Shown here: positions 16,965 to 26,749 of the stretch, in pieces
Layout: the number at the start of each line of letters is the position of its first letter
Numbering within the stretch: the first letter of the stretch is position 1
Assembly: GCA_963845065.1 (NCBI GenBank)
Contig: CAWJQQ010000002.1
Location: forward strand, 96,001 to 160,000
Direction: 5' to 3'
Origin: Nitrospirota bacterium
GTDB lineage: Bacteria > Nitrospirota > UBA9217
Length of the DNA: 64,000 nt
Made by a program: the position numbers and the translations under genes
The notes under the pieces: model-generated
Databases searched by the model: none
Told to the model about the DNA's origin: nothing
What the model saw: only the letters and a program-made list of their open reading frames with translations

Positions 16965-18176
16965 TCAGAGATCCCTGTCCTTGTCGGTTTTTTCTACGCG
17001 TGAACGCACAATACCTTTGTGCAGCTTCGTGCTGAGGTAATCCCCCTCTTTGACCTCGGCAACGTCCTTCAAGACGGTCCCTGTAGTGAAGTTCCGGGTA
17101 ATACTGTAGCCCCGCGCAAGAATAGCGAGCGGGTTCAGGTGGTCGAGGCCCGCCGCCAATGCAGTGAGTCGTTGCCTGTCCCTGCTCACCTGGTGACCAA
17201 TCTCCATCGCCATGCGGTGAACCAGATCATCAAGCCGCTGGCTGAACTGATCCAATCCTCTGCGGGGATCTCCCAGGATGCGCATGTTTTCCCGCAGTGA
17301 CGAACGCACACGCTCAAGCATCTGCCTGACACTTCTAACGAGCCGTGACTCGAGGGCGCCTATAGCGACCCGAAAATTTTCCTCGCTCTCTACCACCATT
17401 TCGGCGGCTGCAGACGGTGTCGGCGCTCGCAGGTCGGAAACGAAGTCTGCGATAGTATAATCCGTCTCATGCCCGACTGCGGAGATGACTGGAAGTCTCG
17501 ATGCATAAATTGCGCGGGCTACGTCTTCTTCATTAAATGCCCAAAGGTCCTCAAGCGACCCGCCCCCGCGGCCGACAATGAGAACGTCCACATTCTGCTC
17601 AAGGTTAAAATAACGAAGCGCTTCGACTATAGCAGGGGCCGCCTCAACACCCTGTACCGGCACGGGATAGAGAAGGATCTGCATTTTTGGATGGCGCCGT
17701 TTAATCACGCGCAACATGTCGCGGATGGCCGCTCCGCTCGGCGACGTAATGATCCCGATGCGCTGCGGAAGGACCGGCAGTGGTTTTTTGTGGTCCAGGT
17801 CGAATAGCCCCTCCTTTTCAAGACGGGCCTTGAGCTGCTCGAAAGCCAGTTGGAGCGCACCGACTCCCTTGGGTTCGATATAGTCGAGGATAAGCTGATA
17901 TTCACCTCGCGGTTCATACACGCTCACGCGTCCGCGGCAGATCACCAGCATGCCATGTTGCAGTGTAAACTTGAGAAACCGCTGTGATGAACGGAATAAG
18001 ACCGCCCTGATCTGGCTCTGCTGGTCTTTGAGAGTAAAATAGGCATGACCGGACTGAGGGATGCTGAGGTTCGATATTTCGCCTTCGACCCAGACATCGG
18101 GAAAAGAACCTTCGAGCAGGCCCTTGATCTGTGAGGTAAGCTGAGTAATGGTTAAGATGTGTGTCGTACTTGACAC
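16965..18176 (-). CDS. xseA: Exodeoxyribonuclease VII large subunit
   Basis: VWVEGEISN, SGHAYFTLKD, GRGGGSLEDLWAFN and RAPTPSAAAE. Confidence 0.95.
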   Translation of the reverse strand: MSSTTHILTITQLTSQIKGLLEGSFPDVWVEGEISNLSIPQSGHAYFTLKDQQSQIRAVLFRSSQRFLKFTLQHGMLVICRGRVSVYEPRGEYQLILDYIEPKGVGALQLAFEQLKARLEKEGLFDLDHKKPLPVLPQRIGIITSPSGAAIRDMLRVIKRRHPKMQILLYPVPVQGVEAAPAIVEALRYFNLEQNVDVLIVGRGGGSLEDLWAFNEEDVARAIYASRLPVISAVGHETDYTIADFVSDLRAPTPSAAAEMVVESEENFRVAIGALESRLVRSVRQMLERVRSSLRENMRILGDPRRGLDQFSQRLDDLVHRMAMEIGHQVSRDRQRLTALAAGLDHLNPLAILARGYSITRNFTTGTVLKDVAEVKEGDYLSTKLHKGIVRSRVEKTDKDRDL

Positions 18177-18196
18177 TTGACCATGCTCCCGGACAC

Positions 18197-18973
18197 TTAT
18201 GAATTTAACTGGATTCTCTCGATCCCGTTAGCCTTCCCTGTTTTTTCATCAATATCGAGGAGCACCGCGTTCAAATGGGTCGGCCCTTTGGGTATCTCGA
18301 ACCTGCGCGGCGTCTGGTAGAGGAATCGCGCTATGGCTTGATCTTTTTTGACGCCGATAACCGAGTCCGTCGGCCCGGTCATCCCTGCGTCAGTGATGAA
18401 GGCAGTGCCTGCGTTTAAAATGCGTTCGTCGGCCGTCTGCACATGGGTGTGGGTCCCGATCACCGCGCTCGCCTTACCGTCAACATGCCAGGCGAGTGCG
18501 ATCTTCTCGGATGTAGCCTCAGCATGAAAATCGATGATCACGACGGGAGTTTCTTTTTTCAGTTTTTCGATTTCGCGCTCGGCGACACGGAAGGGGTTTT
18601 CGAGGCTAGACATGAAGACCCTGCCTTCGAGGTTCAGCACTGCAGCCTTGCCGACCTTCGTGGAGATGACAACGCTTCCGTAACCCGGGTTCCCCGAAGG
18701 ATAATTTGCTGGTCTGATGAGCCTGTCTTGTTTGGTCAGGTAGGGCTCTATCTCCTTTTTGTCCCAGACATGGTTGCCTGAGGTAAGCACGTGGATCCCG
18801 AGCGAGAACAGCTCCTCAGCGATCTCCGACGTGATGCCGAAGCCGCCGGCTGCATTCTCTCCATTAGCGATCACAAGATCAGGTGCATGGCTCTCCGACA
18901 GTGCGCGGATGTTCGCCCGGACCATTTTTCTGCCTGGTTCTCCAATGATGTCTCCGATGAATAAAACCTTCAA
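18197..18973 (-). CDS. ymdB: YmdB/TIGR00282 family metallophosphoesterase
   Basis: GDIIG, NGENAAGG, TSGNH, DFHAEATSEK and GTHTH; lies downstream of rny. Confidence 0.9.
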   Translation of the reverse strand: MKVLFIGDIIGEPGRKMVRANIRALSESHAPDLVIANGENAAGGFGITSEIAEELFSLGIHVLTSGNHVWDKKEIEPYLTKQDRLIRPANYPSGNPGYGSVVISTKVGKAAVLNLEGRVFMSSLENPFRVAEREIEKLKKETPVVIIDFHAEATSEKIALAWHVDGKASAVIGTHTHVQTADERILNAGTAFITDAGMTGPTDSVIGVKKDQAIARFLYQTPRRFEIPKGPTHLNAVLLDIDEKTGKANGIERIQLNS

Positions 18974-19077
18974 ATAATCTCCCCAACACCATGCCGCGAT
19001 GACGCCGCGACACAAAGTCTAAAAAAAAATTCATGTCGAAGCGCCTTCCTGCTGAAATCCGGTCCGTGCTTCCATGA

Positions 19078-20634
19078 TTATTTCGCGAACTCCACATACC
19101 TGCTTTCGCGAACCACGGTCACCTTGATCTGGCCGGGATAGGACATCTCCTGCTCTATCTTCTTGGCGATATCCCGCGAGAGCTGGGCCGAGTGGGCGTC
19201 AGAAAGGTCCTCAGGCTTCACAATGATCCGGATCTCGCGGCCCGCCTGGATAGCATAGGACTTCTCGACTCCCTTGAAGGAATTCGCAGCCGTTTCGAGC
19301 TGTTCAAGCCTTTTGAGATAGCTCTCAAGCGTTTCGCGCCGCACGCCGGGCCTGCCTGCCGAGAGTGCATCCGCAGCCGCGACCAGCACTGACTCGACGC
19401 AATTCGGCTCGCCATCCCCGTGGTGGGTCAAAATTGCGTTGATCACCTTGGGGTTCTCGCCGTATTTCCTGGCAAGGTCGCCGCCGATCTGGGGATGAGT
19501 CCCCTCTACTTCATGGTCAATTGCCTTGCCCAGATCATGCAGCAGGCCTGCCCGGCGCGCGAGTTTCTGGTCCACACCGCATTCCGCAGCCATGATTCCC
19601 GCGAAGTATGCGACCTCGCGAGAATGCATGAGCACGTTTTGACCGTAGCTCGTCCGGAACCTGAGCCTTCCCAGTGTTTTAATGATCTCGGGGTGAATGT
19701 TATGGAGTCCTAGATCGAAGGCTGCCTTCTCGCCCTCGTCTTTCATGGCAATGTCGAGGTCCTTCTTCACTTTCTCAGCTATCTCCTCGATCCTGGCAGG
19801 ATGGATGCGTCCGTCCTGCATCAAACGCTCAATGGTCATGCGGGCAATCTCGCGCCGGAGCGGATCATAGCAGGACAGGATCACCGCCTCGGGCGTATCG
19901 TCGATGATCAGATCGATCCCCGTTGCCGCTTCGATGGCACGGATGTTCCGGCCTTCCCGTCCGATGATGCGCCCCTTCATCTCATCGTTCGGAAGGTTCA
20001 CGACCGAAACTGTTGCTTCAGCCACATAATCGCTTGCATAACGCTGGATTGCGAGGCTGATTATGTTTTTTGCCTTCTTATCGGCTTCTTCCTTTGCCTC
20101 ATCCTCGATCCGCTTGATGGACTTTGCCGCCTCGAACTTCGCCTCATCCTCCATGGATAACATGAGATGGCGCTTGGCCTCCTCAGCTGTCATGTTCGCG
20201 ATCTTCTCGAGCATTTCGCGCTGTTCGCGCAGGCCCCTGTTAAAGAGTTCCTCTTTTTCAATTGCAACCTTTTCGCGCGCCATGACTTCGCGATCGCGCC
20301 GCAACGCATCCGCCTCGCGCTTGTCGATCAGGTCTACCTTCTTTTCGAGACTCTCTTCCTTCTGGGTGAGCCGACGTTCCTGGTTCTGCAGATCCTGCCG
20401 CTTTTCGCGGGTCTCTTTTTCGAATTCCGCCCGCGCCTGGTAAAACTTATCCTTTGCCTCGAGTACAGACTCCTTGCGTTTGGTCTCGGCTTCGCGCTCG
20501 GCACTGGCAAGGATCCTGACAGCTTCTGCCTCCGCGTCCTTGATTTTTCCTGCAGCCGACTTACTTTTGATCAACAGGCCGATACCGAGTCCGATAACGA
20601 GTCCTACGACCAATAGCATAATATATTCAATCAT
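19078..20634 (-). CDS. rny: Ribonuclease Y
   Basis: N-terminal TM, coiled coil, KH ([13 protein letters not shown]) and HD (LLHDLGK). Confidence 0.95.
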   Translation of the reverse strand: MIEYIMLLVVGLVIGLGIGLLIKSKSAAGKIKDAEAEAVRILASAEREAETKRKESVLEAKDKFYQARAEFEKETREKRQDLQNQERRLTQKEESLEKKVDLIDKREADALRRDREVMAREKVAIEKEELFNRGLREQREMLEKIANMTAEEAKRHLMLSMEDEAKFEAAKSIKRIEDEAKEEADKKAKNIISLAIQRYASDYVAEATVSVVNLPNDEMKGRIIGREGRNIRAIEAATGIDLIIDDTPEAVILSCYDPLRREIARMTIERLMQDGRIHPARIEEIAEKVKKDLDIAMKDEGEKAAFDLGLHNIHPEIIKTLGRLRFRTSYGQNVLMHSREVAYFAGIMAAECGVDQKLARRAGLLHDLGKAIDHEVEGTHPQIGGDLARKYGENPKVINAILTHHGDGEPNCVESVLVAAADALSAGRPGVRRETLESYLKRLEQLETAANSFKGVEKSYAIQAGREIRIIVKPEDLSDAHSAQLSRDIAKKIEQEMSYPGQIKVTVVRESRYVEFAK

Positions 20635-21970
20635 TCTTTTCCTCCTGGTACCTCTTCTTCAGTCCGGCGAGACGTTCCTTGATTCTCTTTTCCTCACCCT
20701 GATCCGTGGGACGGTAATACTCCCGCATCTGCGGAAGGTAATCCTGGGCCGTGTAGTGGCCCGGGAAATCATGCGGATATTTGTATCCTTTGCCTCTGCC
20801 CAGCCGTTCTGCGCCTTTGTAGTGTGCATCCTTCAGGTGGTCAGGTACCGGCAGAAGGTTCCCTTCCTCCACGTCCTTCATCGCTGCCTTAATCCCGAGG
20901 TAGGCCGCGTTGCTCTTGGGCGCTGAAGCAATGTAGACCGCTGCCTGTGCAAGAGGCAGCGCGCCCTCAGGCATGCCGATCCGTTCTATGGCCTGGAAGG
21001 CGGACGTCGCAACAAACAGTGCGCGCGGGTCGGCATTTCCCACATCCTCGCTCGCGGCGATGACTATCCTCCGGGCGATGAACAAGGGGTCTTCGCCGGC
21101 GTAAATCATCTTCGCCATCCAGTAGAGCGTTGCATCAGGATCGCTGCCGCGCATGCTTTTGATGAACGCGGAAATGGTGTCGTAATGTTCGTCCTCATCA
21201 TAGACAAGCGACTTCTTCTGGATGGACTCTTCGGCAACGTGCAGATCGTAAATGACCGTTCCATCGGGAAGCGGGGCCGTTGACAGCGCACCGATTTCCA
21301 GCGCATTCAGCGCGCGCCGCGCGTCCCCGTTTGATTTTGCAACGATCAGCTCCAGTGCTTCTGGCGTCAATGTTATAGGAAGTTTTCCGAGGCCGCGTTC
21401 CTTGTCGGAAAGCGCACGAAGCAGGAGGGGCTTGATATCCCCGTTGTCGAGCGGTTTGAATTCGAAAATCTGCGAACGGGATGAAAGAGCCGGAATGATC
21501 GCAAAAAACGGGTTCGATGTCGAGGCGCCGATGAGGGTGATGTTCCCACGCTCCACATCGGGTAAGAGTGCATCCTGCTGGACGCGTGTAAAGCGATGGA
21601 TCTCGTCGATGAAGAGCACGGTTCTCTTGCCGCTTCGGCTCCGTTCCAGGGTTGCCTCCTGGGTCACTTTCCGGATATCGGCAACGCCTGCCGTAACTGC
21701 ATTGAGCGACAGGAAATGAGCGCTGCTTCTCCCAGCGATCAGATGCGCGAGCGCGGTTTTACCGACTCCCGGCGGGCCGTAGAAGATGAGTGACATGAAA
21801 CGGTCGGCTTCGATAGCCCTCCGAAGGAGCTTGCCCTCACCAAGGATATGTTTTTGCCCTGCGAACTCTGACAGGTCGCGCGGCCGCATTCTCCATGCAA
21901 GTGGTGATTCCGATGGCTCGACTGTGAGAGATTCAAATTGTGGTTGATTTTTGAGGTTTTTAAGACCCAA
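20627..21970 (-). CDS. rarA: Replication-associated recombination protein A (MgsA/RarA)
   Basis: [22 protein letters not shown] and [18 protein letters not shown]; start uncertain. Confidence 0.93.
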   Translation of the reverse strand: MGLKNLKNQPQFESLTVEPSESPLAWRMRPRDLSEFAGQKHILGEGKLLRRAIEADRFMSLIFYGPPGVGKTALAHLIAGRSSAHFLSLNAVTAGVADIRKVTQEATLERSRSGKRTVLFIDEIHRFTRVQQDALLPDVERGNITLIGASTSNPFFAIIPALSSRSQIFEFKPLDNGDIKPLLLRALSDKERGLGKLPITLTPEALELIVAKSNGDARRALNALEIGALSTAPLPDGTVIYDLHVAEESIQKKSLVYDEDEHYDTISAFIKSMRGSDPDATLYWMAKMIYAGEDPLFIARRIVIAASEDVGNADPRALFVATSAFQAIERIGMPEGALPLAQAAVYIASAPKSNAAYLGIKAAMKDVEEGNLLPVPDHLKDAHYKGAERLGRGKGYKYPHDFPGHYTAQDYLPQMREYYRPTDQGEEKRIKERLAGLKKRYQEEKND

Positions 21971-22439
21971 CGTTATGCTTCAGGAGGGCTTACCGGACCA
22001 GCGATAGAGTGGGAGGCGGTTTTGACCAGCTCAGATTCCTAAGGATCCTGGGGTGTTGGCTAACATCTGGGAACATCCTGATATTCCTGGAGATAGCGAA
22101 GAACGACTCGCTGGAAAGACTGTTGTATGCCTGGTCTCCAGAATGTCAATACCCTGTGTTCCCGTTCCGTGTGTATATGTATAAATAATAAACCCCAAGG
22201 TCTCAGTATATTACGTTGCTGGTAAAACAATCGTGTGCGGTCCACAAGGGAGAATCATTTTCAGATTGGTATCTTTTATCTCTTCCTTAGGGAGGTCGCC
22301 ATTACCTTGCACTATCTATCACAAGCGCCGGAGCCATGCTTCCCGCTCCTTTCAAACCTGTGGCGAATCACATTATTATCATAAAATTGATGATTACTAT
22401 GACGCGAGCATGCTGCCTAACATGTCAAAATATTAAAAA

Positions 22440-22618
22440 ATCCCCCGCTTATGCCGTGCAGATAGACTTGTTTCCTGGTAGGACCAGGTGGGCGCCATAT
22501 AGAAAAGTTTAGGCTTCCCAGTCCAATCTGGGCATGCACACCCTTTCCAGAAGATAGCTCCCGTTATTTTTTATTCACGAGGAACAAGACGTAACTATCA
22601 CGCGCAAAGCAGGGGACA
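22440..22618 (-). ncRNA. ssrS: 6S RNA
   Basis: About 180 nt with complementary ends (TCCCCTGCTTTGC...GCATAAGCGGGGGA), internal GGGAGCT and CCCACC, in the typical position downstream of zapA. Confidence 0.8.
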
Positions 22619-22800
22619 TTTTTTATTCATTTCCCCTGTAGCATATATACCAGAATCAATTAAAAATGGCAAGAAGAAAAGGGGTGGGTGGAAGTGGAAA
22701 AGGGAAAGGAAAATATCATTTAATTTTGGTAGGTTATAGGCTTATAAAACTCCTGGAATATCTCACTCTGCGGATGAAATGTTTAATAGCTGCGCGCCCC

Positions 22801-22840
22801 GAGAGAGCCCCTCTATGCTTTAGCAGTGAGCGTGCGTCAA
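22801..22840 (+). mobile_element. Degenerate solo IS200/IS605 right end
   Basis: GAGAGAGCCCCTCTATGCTTTAGCAGTGAGCGTGCG-TCAA; aligns with the solo right end at 60758-60794. Confidence 0.55.
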
Positions 22841-22960
22841 ATGCTGAAAGTTGAACCTGCATCCTATGTATCGGAATAGGCTGAAAATGTCAAATTCATT
22901 GAAAGAAAGGCATGCCTTACATCCCCATGGTTGAAACCAAGGGTTTTACGGCACTATTCT
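22841..22960 (-). mobile_element. IS200/IS605 left-end remnant (target TTAT)
   Basis: TTAT|AGAATAGTGCCGT-AAAA-CCCTTGGTTTCAACCATGGGG-ATGTAAGGCA, then TTGACA-17-TACATA and a truncated ATG. Confidence 0.75.
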
Positions 22961-23220
22961 ATAAGTTCCATGATGCGTTTAACCGCGCTCTCCGCGGTAT
23001 TTTCCAGCTCACCACATCGTTTTCGTTCATGGTTGAGTTCATCTGCGATGGTGATGGCGGTCAAAATAGCCACGCGAAGAGGATCGACAGTACCCGTTCC
23101 CTTCTCAATGGCCCTCATTTTCTCGTCTACATACGCTGCCAATTCGCGCGTATAGGCTGTATCGTTTCCCCCCTTAATGTTGTAGGCCTGTCCATATATC
23201 TCGACCTGCACGCGTTCCAT
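22954..23220 (-). CDS. zapA: Cell division protein ZapA
   Basis: VEIYGQAYNIKG...LAAYVDEKM...VAILTAITIADEL. Confidence 0.9.
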   Translation of the reverse strand: MERVQVEIYGQAYNIKGGNDTAYTRELAAYVDEKMRAIEKGTGTVDPLRVAILTAITIADELNHERKRCGELENTAESAVKRIMELIE

Positions 23221-23315
23221 GATGACTCCATCATACAGCATAGATCAGGGGGTAAAAGTATTACTGTCTACCATCCCCAGGCGCTACGCACAATGTTCCT
23301 GGCACCAGGCATTAC

Positions 23316-23351
23316 CTGACTTTCCGTAGAAAACCCCTGGTTTTAGCCATG
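23316..23351 (+). mobile_element. Truncated IS200/IS605 left end related to the TnpB elements
   Basis: TTAC|CTGACTTTCCGTAG-AAAA-CCCCTGGTTTTAGCCATG compared with TTAC|CAAACTATCCGCAG-AAAG-CCCCTGGTTTTAACCATG. Confidence 0.7.
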
Positions 23352-23359
23352 TCGATTGA

Positions 23360-24265
23360 TTAAAGGAGTGCGTCCACGAACTCCTTCGGATTAAAGCTCC
23401 TCAGGTCTTCCATGGCCTCGCCGATGCCCACAAACTTTACCGGGATCGAGAGTTCCTTGTTGATGGCAAAGACAATGCCGCCCTTCGAGGTCCCGTCAAG
23501 CTTTGCCAACACAATGCCGCTCACTCCTACTGCCTCGTTGAACATTTTCGCCTGCGCAAGAGCATTCTGGCCTGTAGTACCATCAAGGACAAGGAGCGTC
23601 TCCTGCGGGGCGCCGGGAAGTTCACGGGAAATTATACGCTTCACTTTTTTGAGCTCTTCCATGAGGTTCGATTTTGTGTGCAGTCTTCCTGCCGTATCCA
23701 CGATCAACACATCGATCTCTCGCGCCTTCGCCGCAGCCACAGCGTCGAACACTACGGCTCCAGGATCGGCACCTTCGCGGTGCTTTATCACCGGAATACC
23801 CGAACGATCGCCCCAAATTGATAGCTGCTCCGACGCCGCAGCGCGAAACGTGTCCCCGGCTGCGAGCATCACCTTCTTCCCCTCTGCATGGAGGCGGTAT
23901 GCCAGCTTGCCGATTGAGGTTGTCTTGCCCGTACCGTTCACGCCAATGACAAGGATGACGGCGGGTGAACCAGAGAGGGATAGTTGCGAAGAACTACCTG
24001 CCAGAATCTCGATCAGGACCTGCTTCAAGCGATCATGCACCTGCAGAGGTGAGGACAACTCCTGGCGCTTGAAGCGTTCCTTAAGATCCTTCAACACGAA
24101 TGAGGCCGTTGAGACGCCAACATCCGCAGCTATGAGCGCTTCCTCAAGCTCGTCGAGAAACGCTTCATCGATTTTTTCTCCAAGGACCAACGATCCGATT
24201 TTATCGGCTAGATTCTTTCTTGTCTTAGCGAGCCCGTCGCTCATACTGCGGAGTACACCAAACAT
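23360..24265 (-). CDS. ftsY: Signal recognition particle receptor FtsY
   Basis: GVNGTGKTT, DTFRAAA, DTAGR and KLDGTSKGG. Confidence 0.95.
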   Translation of the reverse strand: MFGVLRSMSDGLAKTRKNLADKIGSLVLGEKIDEAFLDELEEALIAADVGVSTASFVLKDLKERFKRQELSSPLQVHDRLKQVLIEILAGSSSQLSLSGSPAVILVIGVNGTGKTTSIGKLAYRLHAEGKKVMLAAGDTFRAAASEQLSIWGDRSGIPVIKHREGADPGAVVFDAVAAAKAREIDVLIVDTAGRLHTKSNLMEELKKVKRIISRELPGAPQETLLVLDGTTGQNALAQAKMFNEAVGVSGIVLAKLDGTSKGGIVFAINKELSIPVKFVGIGEAMEDLRSFNPKEFVDALL

Positions 24266-24324
24266 GGAACACCTCAAATGATTTAGAAACTGGACGTTTT
24301 TAATTCGGCATTGAACGAATGCCG

Positions 24325-25401
24325 TTACAAATCCAGCGGCAATTTACCCGACATATTATTGGCTGCTGCGGGTGGCATCTTTTTGTCCTTGGGATTGTGA
24401 GGCTTTGCCTCTTCGAGCCGTTCAGGATCAGTGTCTTGGTCCCTTGCGGTTTTGGGAAATGACGTCTGCCGATAGAGATAGCGGTCATGCATTTTGCTGA
24501 ATCCTGTCCACTCGCCCTCTGCCACATGCTCTTTCTTGAGCGTTGCCTGGAAGTTGTTGATCTTTGCCGCCAGATCATCCAGGTAGTTGATGACGATGGC
24601 TTCCTGGATCTTCGGCCTTTTGGGCGAACCGAACTCGTACTCTCCGTGGTGCGACAGCACGATGTGTTTTAGCAGCATGGTCAGCTCCGCCGGAAATCCG
24701 GGAATGGCGTTTATCTTCTCGACGATCATCTCGTACCCGAGGGATATATGGCCGATGAGCCGCCCCTCGGTGGTGTATTCGATCGATTTTCTCACTGCAA
24801 GCTCGCGGACTTTTCCGATATCGTGCAGGAATGCACCCACGGCCAATAGGTCTTTGTCAATTGACGGAAAGTGCTTTGCCACGTCCAGGCTGACCGCGAT
24901 AAGCTCGACGACGTGCTCGAGCAGGCCGCCGATATAATTGTGATGCAGTGTCTTGGCCGCCGGCGTGCGCTTGAACATCACCATGAACGGCTCATCATTC
25001 AGAAAAGCGTTCATGAGCTTCTTGAGGTAGGGGTTTGACAGAGCAGATAAAACAACCTTCAGCTCCTTCACCATATCATCGGTACTGCGCGGCGAACATT
25101 CGAGAAAGTTGGCGATATCCACCCTCGTGTCGTCGACTTTTTCAAGGGTCTTCATCTTTATTTGCAGCGAACCCTGGTAATTCGACGTCATGCCTTTTAT
25201 GCGGACAAAATCTTCCCGTTCGAATTTCCCGGCCACTTCATCGGCGTTATCCCACAGCCTCCCGTCGATTTCTCCTGTCTTATCAGCGAGTTTGACGGAA
25301 AGAAAGGTCACGCCGTTCTTTGCTGTCGATACCTGCTTTGATGAAACGAGATAAACCTCTTCAACCCAATCGCCTTCCTTCAAGGACACTATGGTCTGCA
25401 T
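24325..25401 (-). CDS. YhaM/Cbf1-like OB-fold + HD domain 3'-5' exonuclease
   Basis: N-terminal OB-fold, PAAKTLHHNYIGGLLEH, LHDIGK and SHHGEYEFGSP. Confidence 0.85.
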   Translation of the reverse strand: MQTIVSLKEGDWVEEVYLVSSKQVSTAKNGVTFLSVKLADKTGEIDGRLWDNADEVAGKFEREDFVRIKGMTSNYQGSLQIKMKTLEKVDDTRVDIANFLECSPRSTDDMVKELKVVLSALSNPYLKKLMNAFLNDEPFMVMFKRTPAAKTLHHNYIGGLLEHVVELIAVSLDVAKHFPSIDKDLLAVGAFLHDIGKVRELAVRKSIEYTTEGRLIGHISLGYEMIVEKINAIPGFPAELTMLLKHIVLSHHGEYEFGSPKRPKIQEAIVINYLDDLAAKINNFQATLKKEHVAEGEWTGFSKMHDRYLYRQTSFPKTARDQDTDPERLEEAKPHNPKDKKMPPAAANNMSGKLPLDL

Positions 25402-25617
25402 CGCACTCCTCTCCTCTGGCAAAAGTGATAATAAACTATCCCCCCGGTGTTGTCAAACGGAAACAGGGAAGACACGTGAGCGTTGAGCAGTTTTATTTGG
25501 GGCTTCGGATTTACTGGTTGATTCTGCAGTTTTCAAAAAATATACAAACAGGTTTAAAATCGGATTTTTCGGTTGATTTGTTCTCCGTGGGGCGGTCAAT
25601 GACAGTATGCACATTTG

Positions 25618-25646
25618 TTGAATTTTATACAACAATGTTGTATAAC
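25618..25646 (+). promoter_or_regulatory. TA promoter overlapped by a perfect palindromic operator
   Basis: TTGAAT-17-TATAAC; palindrome TTATACAACA-A-TGTTGTATAA at 25625-25645. Confidence 0.6.
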
Positions 25647-25653
25647 GAAATTA

Positions 25654-26040
25654 ATGAGCATTACAATAAAGAAAATAGGCGGCAGGGAGTATGCTTATGA
25701 AGCATACCGGAGAGGGCGCAAGATAATCCAAAAATATCTGGGACCTGTACGTGATCCGAACGTCACCGCCCAAATAAAGGCTCTTGAAGAGAACAAATCA
25801 ATGCCGTCTGAGTTATTTAAGTATTTTTGGGATGTAGATCCTAAAACATTGAATATTCGCCGGCATAGTAGATTCATCATAGAACGGGTACTCGAGTTTG
25901 GTGATCTTAAAGCACTGTGGTGGACACAGAAACAATATCCGACGTCATTAATCATTGAGGTTTGCCTTACTAGCCGCAGACTATCACAACGATCTAAACA
26001 TTTTTGGACTGTATGGTTTGGGGAGAAACATGTATCTTAA
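25654..26040 (+). CDS. Putative antitoxin/regulator (DUF6922-like C-terminus)
   Basis: FWDVDPKTL...FIIERVLEFGD motif typical of partners of AbiEii-type nucleotidyltransferases; overlaps the next gene by 11 nt. Confidence 0.7.
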   Translation: MSITIKKIGGREYAYEAYRRGRKIIQKYLGPVRDPNVTAQIKALEENKSMPSELFKYFWDVDPKTLNIRRHSRFIIERVLEFGDLKALWWTQKQYPTSLIIEVCLTSRRLSQRSKHFWTVWFGEKHVS

Positions 26041-26677
26041 TTGTCTTACACCTGCTGCACGTAAATTGATCAAAAAGATATCTCCGATTGCATCGGATAA
26101 TGGTTTTATACTAGCTGGGGGAACGGCCGTTGCGCTTCATCTTGGCCACCGGTTGTCCGTGGATTTCGATTTTTTTACAACTCGCTCCTTTAGGACAGAT
26201 GCAATTCATAGAGCGATTAGCAAGCTTGGTTTGAGAATAGAAACTCTCCAAGACGAGGAGGGAACACTCACTTTATCGGTCGCTGGAGTGAAAATATCAT
26301 TTTATCATTATACGCAGCAATTTCTTGAAAAGACGTTAATGCTTCAAGGGATTGCTATCGCAGGACTTGTTGATATTGCTTCTATGAAGCTTGTTGCAAT
26401 TATGCAGAAGGGGGCAAAGAGAGATTTCATAGACCTCTATTGGATTCTGCAGGACATTCCATTTGCAAAGATTGCCGAAAATTTGGTTAATCGATATGGA
26501 GAAAACCGAATAAACCCTGTTGTAATGGGAAAAGCACTCGTCTACTTTCAAGATGCTGATTCAGATCCCGACCCAAAGTATTTGGGAGCTAACATAGCGT
26601 GGTCGAAAATCAAAAAATACATAACAAATCATATACAGCAGTTTGTTTTGGATATTCAAAAGGCAATTGATGTCTAA
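26030..26677 (+). CDS. AbiEii/AbiGii-family nucleotidyltransferase (type IV TA toxin-like)
   Basis: LAGGTAVALHLGHRLSVDFDFF, MKL and KRDFIDLY motifs; GGGAG RBS. Confidence 0.85.
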   Translation: MYLNCLTPAARKLIKKISPIASDNGFILAGGTAVALHLGHRLSVDFDFFTTRSFRTDAIHRAISKLGLRIETLQDEEGTLTLSVAGVKISFYHYTQQFLEKTLMLQGIAIAGLVDIASMKLVAIMQKGAKRDFIDLYWILQDIPFAKIAENLVNRYGENRINPVVMGKALVYFQDADSDPDPKYLGANIAWSKIKKYITNHIQQFVLDIQKAIDV

Positions 26678-26749
26678 AATCAACCAGGAACCGAGATATC
26701 TATATTATCCGCATTTTAGATTTTTCAACCACTAAATCCGAATACCCTT

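Larger units (their letters stand above)
25499..26747 (+). mobile_element. Transposase-less cassette with ISL3 (ISPpu12-like) inverted repeats carrying a TA module
   Basis: 24-bp IRs GGGGCTTCGGATTTACTGGTTGAT and GGGTATTCGGATTTAGTGGTTGAA (20/24 match); 8-bp direct repeat TTTTATTT at 25491-25498 and 26748-26755. Confidence 0.85.

Noticed and set aside
21975..22340. Unexplained region between 6S RNA and rarA (scattered stems; LRPWGLLFIH peptide reminiscent of a methyltransferase)
   Set aside because: Neither a coherent RNA fold nor a continuous frame could be supported by eye.
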